A stretch of 64,000 nucleotides of DNA, taken from Octopus sinensis (taxonomy: Eukaryota). The translations under genes and the position numbers were made by a program. Position 1 is the stretch's first letter; every line of letters begins with the position of its first letter. Location: positions 109,430,001-109,494,000 of the forward strand of contig NC_043002.1 in assembly GCF_006345805.1 (NCBI RefSeq), written 5' to 3'. Of the stretch, positions 25,020 to 64,000 are shown in pieces. Under the pieces are notes generated by a model. That model was not told the DNA's origin, made no database searches, and was given only the letters and a program-made list of their open reading frames with translations.

Positions 25020-25705
25020 AAATTAAATATTTAAAATTATTTATATTTGACGGATATTTGTCCTTATCTTGTTTGTTGTTAATACAACGTTTCGGCTGAT
25101 ATATCCTCCAGCTTTCATCAGGTGTCTTGGGGAAATTTCGAACCTGGGTTCTCATTTCTAACGTATTTTTCGATGTTATCATTATTATTTTTATTATTAT
25201 TATTAAGGTCGAACTCGGAATTTTGGGGTTTGTAGCCCGCGCTCTTAACCACTACGCCACATGCCCGTGAGCAATTAAAGAGTAAATTTTAGAGCTTATA
25301 AATCTAATATTCTCCTATCCTTTCGTTAATACAGGTTCCCATATGCTGTTCATATCTGCACTCGATCTGCTTAGGAGGCTGTGTCCTAGCATATGTGCTG
25401 CTTCTTTTAGTTTTTGTATTTTCCAGTGGTGTTCTCCGTCTATTATTTTGACTTCATCCCACAGAGGGAGGTGGTCTCCATTTTTCCATACATGAACAGC
25501 TATACTCGATTTATCAATATCTCCTCGTGTCACAGCTTTGCGATGTTCCTCTACCTTTATTTTGAAGGGGCGGCATGTTTCGCCTTTGTATAACCTACCA
25601 CAGCTGCATGATGAGGTACAAATATCCGTACAAGATGAGGAAAAATATCCGTCAAATGTAAATAATGTAAATAACATACATAATTCCTCATCTCTTAAAT
25701 ATAGA
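25020..25705 (-). mobile_element. Penelope-like element 3' end: GIY-YIG fragment, tRNA-like module, (TAA)n, hammerhead tail, plus a short inverted tail copy
   Basis: ORF 25315..25677(-) CSCGRLYKGETCRPFKIKVEEHRKA...; A box 25259-25249, B box 25216-25207; hammerhead 25125-25082; inverted tail 25620-25705. Confidence 0.8.
25082..25125 (-). ncRNA. Minimal hammerhead motif, slightly degraded
   Basis: ACAC-CTGATGA-AAGCTG..CAGCC-GAAACGTT-GTAT. Confidence 0.5.
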
Positions 25706-27520
25706 GCTGCTTTAAAATTATGTTTTTAATTATGCAATTTCAATAGGAAAAAATAAGAAACTGGAAATTCGTTCGCTGTAATTCAAATGACGAAATGTCT
25801 TTAAATTAAAAGAGCAAAATAATTTCATAAACTTTTAGTTAAGTAAGATTTCCTGTTTTAATTGTTTAAATAATTATTAGATTGAGGCAAAAACTGGTTT
25901 AAATTATCACTCAAATACGAACTCTAATAACACTGTAATGAATGAAAAAAAAATTCCGAGATTTTGATAGGCCCTTCCAGACAGGTAAACCCTAAGCTGT
26001 AATCTGTTTAATTCTTACCTAAATCCACTGAATTCTTCAAAGTAACAAACGATAAAAAAAAACCCATCAGTTTTTCTTTTTGTACTCCTTTGTTGACTCA
26101 AGAAGACTAGGAATAATGAACTCTCCTTGACTATTACTGTTACACATTCATATCTATGTGTATACGTGCATAGAATACATTCCCACTCTTGGCACTATTT
26201 TGTTAGTGAACAGTACAACTGTGTGTAAAGTATATAATGTATCACTACGCTGAATGTCGAAGTCCGTGTAACATGAAAAGTAAATAAACACGTAAACAAT
26301 AACAATGGCTTTCATATTGGTTGTCTATTCCATTAGAATCCAGACTACACATAACAATTACTAACATTCCTGCCATTTACTCGGAACGAACTAATAAAGG
26401 AAACTCTATGTGGCTGCTCGACCCGTTAGAATTTCTCTGTTTATCTCTGTCTGTTTCACTCTTCTGCTCCTTCCATCTCTCCTCCCCCTCTCACTCTCAA
26501 AGGACACATTCCTGTTTTTTAAAAAGAACACGTTAGATCACGTGGTTAAGTAAACTAACTAAAAAGAAAAAAAAAGAGTGTTTCATAGTTGCAACGCCTT
26601 CAATGATTGGCTTCTTCAATCAGGGTAGGCGTGGTTAAATAATAATGATATACTTTGAATGTGACGAACAAAGACGACGGGATAAGTATATGTAATTGTA
26701 TAATATTTTCATCGCATGAACCCTCATCTTCCGCACACCACACAGCTTTCTTATCATACTGCTTCATCATTGCTCCAATCAACGATCATTTTTTGTGCTC
26801 TATATACACATGTAGTCTGGGTTCGAACTCAGAAAATGTATTTCTAACGCTTATAACTAAGTCACATCTCACTTAGGCAATTACTGTTCGAATTTCAACA
26901 AATTTCAGAAATAATTATGTCACGTGACTAAGGCATTGTGTAAGGGGCATTCAAACTCTTAGGTCAGAAGTAAGGATTTGTTTAGGATATCTGAAGACAA
27001 TGGATATGAACCAGTCGAAATGAATAATTGAACAAAGAAACACGAAATTAGGTTGACAGATCAATAAGTTATTTTAACAATAACTTACTTAAAAAAAGAT
27101 TAAGATATATAATCAAGCGTTTGTGTCACTTGGGCTGTTAACAGATACCTTATCGATTTGGCCATCTGAGCTCTCCTTTCTACCTAATAACTATTTGCGT
27201 GTATATATATAATTGATATAAATAATTGTGTTTGCGTTGGTGTATATATTTGTGTGTGTATGTATTTGTGTGTGTGTGTGTGTGTGTGTAAATCATGAAT
27301 CAAGCATTCATCTTCTCTATAACGCTCAACACAAGTTGACCATCATATACGACAAAAACAAACTAGTTTGATCAAGCAAGCAAACAACCAATCAAATAAC
27401 GTACAAATTAACACCAAAAACAGTCACCAGGAAAAGAAACCGGCTAAAACAGGGTATCCAGATACCTTCAAAGGTCCCATTCATCACCCCATAAATTCTA
27501 AAATCTTAAAATAGATTGGA

Positions 27521-60150
<32,630 letters not shown>

Positions 60151-60427
60151 CTGGTAGAAGACAAAACAGAGATCAACTATAAAAAATACAGTTTATATAC
60201 GGAAAAAAAAAACGGTTTGAAATTTAGGCATAAGCCAGAATTTTAATGGGGAGCGGGAGTTTAGTCGATTATAGAGACCACAGTACTTGATTGGTGCTTA
60301 TTTCAATGACCCGGAAAAGATGAAAGGAAGCCGACTTCGGAGAAATTTGAACTCAAAACGTAATGACGGATGAAATGTCACTAAGCATTTTTCCCGGCGC
60401 GGTAACGATTCTGCCAGCTCGCCGCCT

Positions 60428-60468
<41 letters not shown>

Positions 60469-60673
60469 ATGATGATGATAATAATAATCCTTTCTACTCT
60501 TAGCACAAGGCGTGAAATTTTTGGGGAGGGGGCCAGCCGATTACATTAACCACGGTACGCAACTGGTACTTAATTTATCGACCCTGAAAAGATGAAAGGC
60601 AAAGTCGACCTCGGCGGAATTTGAACTCAGAGCATTTCGCCCACAGTGCTACCGATTCTGCCAGCTCGCCGCC

Positions 60674-60730
<57 letters not shown>

Positions 60731-60761
60731 TAATAATAATCATAATAATAATAATAATAAT

Positions 60762-61320
60762 AAATGCCCTGATGCAGTACCAGGCAGTGGCTCTCATGGC
60801 TTCTGATCTTAACTGATTGGAAGTGTTACCATGTACATTGTTTTGTCTTGGTATAAAAGATGGGCTACAGCAAATATTCTGCTCAATACCACAGATTTGC
60901 TTGTCAGTTGTTTGACCGTAACCAGTCGAGCATGCCCCTTAGTGGCTGACGATATGTGCATCTATGATCATGAGCAGAAGTAGTGGGGGAGCATCATAGC
61001 CATGTGTTGAGAGGGATTCTTTGGGGTTGAATAATTCACCTTCGGAAACATGGGTGGTTCTTTCAACAACCTTAAACAACCCTTAATCAGGGACCGTTTG
61101 AGCGGGATGGGCTACTCAACCTGAAGAAAATTCTAACTGGGCCCCACCTGCAAGGTCATGTGCTGTTTATCTTGATATGAGATCACCATGTCGCGCACAT
61201 ATGGTTGTGATGCATGTGCCTGGTGTACCCTTATCAAACGGGTAGTCATGATGGGTATATTGGGCTTCGTATATTTTACCCCAGTGTCACTTTGATGGCA
61301 TGCACTGCTCTCTCACTCAA
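60762..61320 (+). mobile_element. ~560-bp non-coding interspersed repeat bounded by (TAA)n
   Basis: Second copy at 62735-63297, fragment near 53650; no tRNA head or ORF seen. Confidence 0.75.
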
Positions 61321-61779
61321 TAATAATAATAATAATAGACAGGACTATAAGAACTTATTTCAAAATAACTGGAAATGTCTTCAAGGAAAGATACACGTTG
61401 CACTTGGATTCGTTTAGAGACAAGGCTAAAAGACACTCAACTTATTTGTCTAAAATAGTATGACATTCTCTGAATAAGCTGGAGCATCAAAGCCAAGGCC
61501 AGCAAATATAAAACAGGTAGCTGTAAAGGCGATCTCTGTATTACAGAGAAACTAAATATTATTTCTTCAACTATCGACATGTTAAACCTTAGGGAAGGAG
61601 CTTTCTCTCCTTGAATCAACAGTTCAAACAAACAATTTTCAAGCATGCCTCCTCACCGTCACCACATATCCAGCTAGGATACATGAATAATAATAATAAT
61701 AATAATAATATAATAATAATAATAATAATATAATAATAATAATAATATAATAATAATAATGTGGTATGTAAAATATTCC

Positions 61780-62660
61780 ACAGAACCGCTATCATTAGAA
61801 GTAAGAAGGTCAGGCTTGTGTAGGATGGAAGATTGCAAAGATAAAGCACTGTACAAGCAATTGAAAACGAATGAAACTGAAAATAGGTGGGTAAAGAAAA
61901 GAATGCATGGACAATTTCATAGAGATGTTGAAGATAAGACAGACAGAGAAAAAAAGATGGCTGTGGATGACTAAAAGTGATTTAAAACTGGAAATGGAGG
62001 CTCTAATCCGTGCTGCCCAAGAGCAAGCACTAAGAACAAACTACATAAAATACAGAGTAGACAACACACTAGAAAGTGATAAGTGCAGAATCTGTGGACA
62101 AAATGGTGAAACCGTATGGTATACTACCAGCCAATGTACACCACTAGCCCAGAAGGAATATAAGATACGCCACGACAATATAGCAAGGCTTGTCTATTGG
62201 ACACTTTGCAATAAGTATGGACTTGACAGAGCAAAAAATTGGTACGAACATAAACCCGAGAACATCATCGAAAATGATAATGCAAAGATCCTATGAGATT
62301 TTATGATTCAGTGCGACCATGAGATAGAGAATAGGAAGCCAGACATAGTATTAACTGAGAAAGAAAGCAAACTTTACGATAGGAAGGTATGCGATAAGGA
62401 AGAAAGAAAAGTCGATAGATATGACAGGTTAGCTTGGGAGGTTAAGCAGCTGTGGTCGATGAAAAAGGTGGTAGTAGTACCAATAACTGTCGGAGCCCTG
62501 ATAACAGCGAGTAAAAATCTTGAGAAGTACATGGAAAAAATAGGCGCTACAGTAAGGGTGGAGCACTTGCAGAAAACAGCACTGCTTGGAACGGGTCGAA
62601 TACTCTGGATGTCGAAAAGATGAGGTGTTACCTTAGTTCACTGGTAGTGAACAGAGTTAG
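61780..62660 (+). mobile_element. R4/Dong-clade LINE 3' fragment (zinc knuckle and restriction-like endonuclease) in (TAA)n
   Basis: AAQEQALRT..CRICG..ET..C..Y..RHD..NRKPDIV..K..RY..L...VVVVPI.VGALG-like motifs; one stop and a deletion. Confidence 0.85.
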
Positions 62661-62734
62661 AAGCTGTGAAAAGGCAATAATAATAATAATGATGATGATG
62701 ATGATGATGATGATGATAATGATAATAATAATAA

Positions 62735-63297
62735 TAAATGCTTTGATGCAGTACCAGAAAGTGGCTCTCGTGGCTTCTGATCTTAACTGATTGCCAATGT
62801 TGTCATATACATTGTTTTGTCTTGGTATAAAAGATGGGCTACACTTAATATTCTGCTTAATACCACAGATTTGCTTGTCAGTTGTTTGACCTTAAACACT
62901 TGAGTATGTCCCTTAGTGACTGATGATATGTACATCCTTGATCCCGAGCAGAAGTGGCGAGGGAGCATCATAGCCACGTGTTGAGGGGAATTCTGTGGGG
63001 TTTAGATAATTCACCTTTGGAAACATGGATGTTTCGTCCAACATCCTTAAACAACACTTATTCGAGGACCTTTTGAGCGGGATGGGCTACTCAACCTGAA
63101 AAAAATTCTAACTCGGCTCCACCTGCAAGGTCATGTGCTGTTTATCTTGATATGAGATCAGCATGTCGCGCACATATGGTTGTGATGCATGTGTCTGGTG
63201 TACCCTTATCAGACGAGTAGTCATTATGGGAATATTGGGCTTCGTATATTTTACACCTGTGTCAATTTCATGGCATGCACTGCTCTCTCACTCAATA
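62735..63297 (+). mobile_element. Second copy of the TAA-bounded repeat
   Basis: Aligns end to end with 60762-61320. Confidence 0.75.
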
Positions 63298-63339
63298 AAA
63301 ATAAAAATAACAATAATAATAACAATAATAATAATCTTT

Positions 63340-63704
63340 TCTACCGAAGGCACAAGGCTTGAAACTTTTGGAGAGAAGTAGTCAATAACATCGACTCCAG
63401 TGTTTCACTGGTACTTAATTTATCGAACCCGAAAGGATGAAAAGCAAAGTCGATCTCAGCGGAATTTGAACCCAGAACGTAGCGGCAGACAAAATACCTA
63501 TTTCTTTACTACCCATAAGGGGCTAAACACAGATTAAGTCGATTATATCGATCCCAGTGCGTAACTGGTACTTAATTTATCGATCCCGAAAGGATGAAAG
63601 GCAAAGTCGACCTCGGCGGAATTTGAACTCAGAACGTAACGGCAGACGAAATACGGCTACGCATTTCGCCTGGCGTACTAACGTTTCTGCCAGCTCATCA
63701 CCTT
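63340..63704 (-). mobile_element. SINE family C dimer
   Basis: The internal segment is repeated twice. Confidence 0.8.
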
Positions 63705-63784
63705 AATAATAATAATGATATTGATAATAATAATAATAATATAATAATAATAATGATGATGATAATAATAATATAATAATAATA

Positions 63785-63838
<54 letters not shown>

Positions 63839-63840
<2 letters not shown>

Positions 63841-64000
63841 TTTCAAACTTCCTGAAGCACAATATGTCGTTGTGGAATACGAATCTCCAATTATACCACT
63901 CTAATGGAGTACTTGCCTCAGAAAATATAAACATCAACTGTGGAATTTTTCAAGGTGACTCACTTTCACCTTTAATATTCTGCATAGCCCTAATACCCCT
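63839..64000 (+). mobile_element. R4/Dong-like RT fragment running off the window end
   Basis: Open frame ...NININCGIFQGDSLSPLIFCIALIP directly after (TAA)n. Confidence 0.75.

Noticed and set aside
60762-60830. Possible HDV-like ribozyme at the 5' end of repeat E (GGCTCTCRTGGCT resembles R2-type L3/P3)
   Set aside because: I could not build P1.1, P4 and a full P2 by hand; an RNArobo or Infernal search with HDV-like descriptors would settle it.

Overview
AT-rich, repeat-dense eukaryotic DNA. The repeat families and gene content suggest an octopus (coleoid) genome; this is inferred and cannot be proven from the window. Two convergent spliced genes could be assembled by hand. (1) The 3' five coding exons of an SRR1-domain gene (SRRD, + strand, 33-8597), whose last intron looks like a U12 minor-spliceosome intron. 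(2) Twelve coding exons of a tyrosine decarboxylase (Tdc, - strand, 60150 to 27521; 5' exons lie beyond the window end), the entry enzyme for tyramine and octopamine synthesis. The rest is tRNA-derived SINEs, LINE, Penelope-like, Gypsy, mariner, hAT and Helitron remnants, minisatellites and microsatellites. Most interesting signals: a 20-nt frame-shifting Tdc microexon preceded by a distant branch point, a ~150-nt AG-free zone and nine YCAY motifs; a 787-bp Penelope-derived inverted repeat carrying an intact-looking hammerhead ribozyme in the Tdc pre-mRNA; a second hammerhead fold-back in the last Tdc intron; and a Penelope 3' end that contains a tRNA-like Pol III promoter upstream of a hammerhead.
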